A stretch of 64,000 nt of DNA, from contig LSRY02000023.1 of the NCBI GenBank assembly GCA_001643675.2, positions 744,001 through 808,000 on the forward strand. The letters are read 5' to 3'. Under the pieces are notes generated by a model. The model did not search any database and was not told the DNA's origin. It saw only the letters and a program-made list of their open reading frames with translations. The position numbers and the translations under genes were made by a program. Positions 62,801 to 64,000 of this stretch are shown here, piece after piece. This DNA is from Monocercomonoides exilis PA203. Taxonomy: Eukaryota; Protista; Preaxostyla. The stretch's first letter is position 1; every line of letters begins with the position of its first letter.

Positions 62801-63264
62801 TTTTGGAATGTGACAGGCATTCTTGGAGACACTGCCGTTGATGTTGTTGTGCCTTCTCCTCTGTTTGACTCAGATTGTTTGATTTGTATTTCATCCGGAG
62901 CATTGCTGAAAGATATGTGCTTTTCTCTTCCATCATCCCTTTCTCTAGCCTCATCATTCGTCCTTTCCTCTTCAAATGTTTTGAGTGTCAGTGATTGCTC
63001 AGTTGAGCCTTCCGCTGGTAACCTGCTGAATGAAATTGAATACTGTATTTTTCATATTGATGGAGGAGAGCTGTTCATGGCAGGCTTTTCGAACAAAGGT
63101 CCAATAAATACCTTGTCAAATCCAATTATAAAATGCACTGGAGATGGCATTGCTGAACTTTTGAATTGTGTTCTAACTGGAATAACGAGGAGAACTGGAG
63201 GGGGAAGCTGTTTGGAAAGAATATGTGAGGAAAGTGAAAGTGAAAGTGAGAATGGAGATGCTTC

Positions 63265-63299
<35 letters not shown>

Positions 63300-64000
63300 C
63301 TGATTGCACATTCAGTGAATGTTGTATTGAAGAGAAAGATGGATGTGGTGGAGGAATGAAGATTTCAATTGGAAAAGATGAAGAGGTTGTGATAAATGGG
63401 TCAACCACATTTGATGGTTGCAAAACAGAGAACGAAGCAGACTCAAATGGAAGAGGAGGAGGGATGATGATATCAGTTGGAAATGAAGGTGGAATAAAGA
63501 TGAAGGAAGTAAAGTTTGATAGATGTGAAGTGTCATCAGGCAAGAGTGATGAGGTGGGGAGAGGATTGGGAGGAGGGATATTTGTTGAACTTCCAAATCA
63601 ATTGGGAACATTCATTTTGGAAGGAATGACATTTGAGGGGTGCAATGCCTGGAAAGGGAAGAATGTGTTTGTTTCAGGATGGGATCTGAGTGAGATTGTG
63701 AACAAGGATCATTTCAAATGGGAGATGAGTTCAGAGGATTTGAGATCATTGGATGAGTTGTGTGGATGGGAGAGAAAGACAACAGGAGAGGGATATGTGA
63801 TTCCACTGGTTGTGTATTTGTGGTCAAATTGGAGTGGGAATGGGTATGTTTCTGAGAGAAAGGGAGGAGACTTCAGTGGGTGTGGGTATTCAGAAGCACC
63901 ATGCTTATCAATCAATCACTTGATATCGCTGAGATATGGAACACTTGGAGGAAGTGAATCACATGTGATAATTGTTGATTTTGTGATTCTTCAAAATTCA
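59807..64000 (+). CDS. Large secreted/surface protein with Cys-Gly (F..C....GGA/GGG) beta-helix-like repeats, 3'-partial (at least 1,398 aa)
   Basis: ATG 59807 begins the signal-peptide-like MSLLLLFVWIALLISF. The same frame reads HVIIVDFVILQNS at the window end. It is absent from the ORF track, consistent with no stop inside the window. Repeated GGAI/GGGM and CG....PC.SI motifs. Confidence 0.8.

Overview
AT-rich eukaryotic DNA with short GT-AG introns and the standard genetic code. The expanded Cys/Gly-rich surface-protein family, Ser/Glu-homopolymer-inflated genes and a bacterial-type PepD resemble an oxymonad such as Monocercomonoides (inference, no search run). 1-15 kb is a transposon-rich zone: two divergent Sola-like DDD transposase genes and a 5.7-kb hAT element carrying a host-gene fragment. 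15-46 kb is a housekeeping block: RING protein, RRM protein, a ~4,000-codon Listerin/LTN1, Aurora-like kinase, a membrane protein, DTWD1, PepD and a SUZ protein. 46-58 kb holds MITEs, a ~960-bp inverted repeat and a dead pogo element, and a large secreted/surface protein ORF runs off the right end. The strongest unexplained signal: both Sola-like transposases are followed, just downstream of their stops, by the same ~90-nt RNA-like fold (three-way junction plus two potential pseudoknots inside a closing stem). The two copies show compensatory base changes and invariant junction nucleotides, and I cannot match the fold to a known RNA class.
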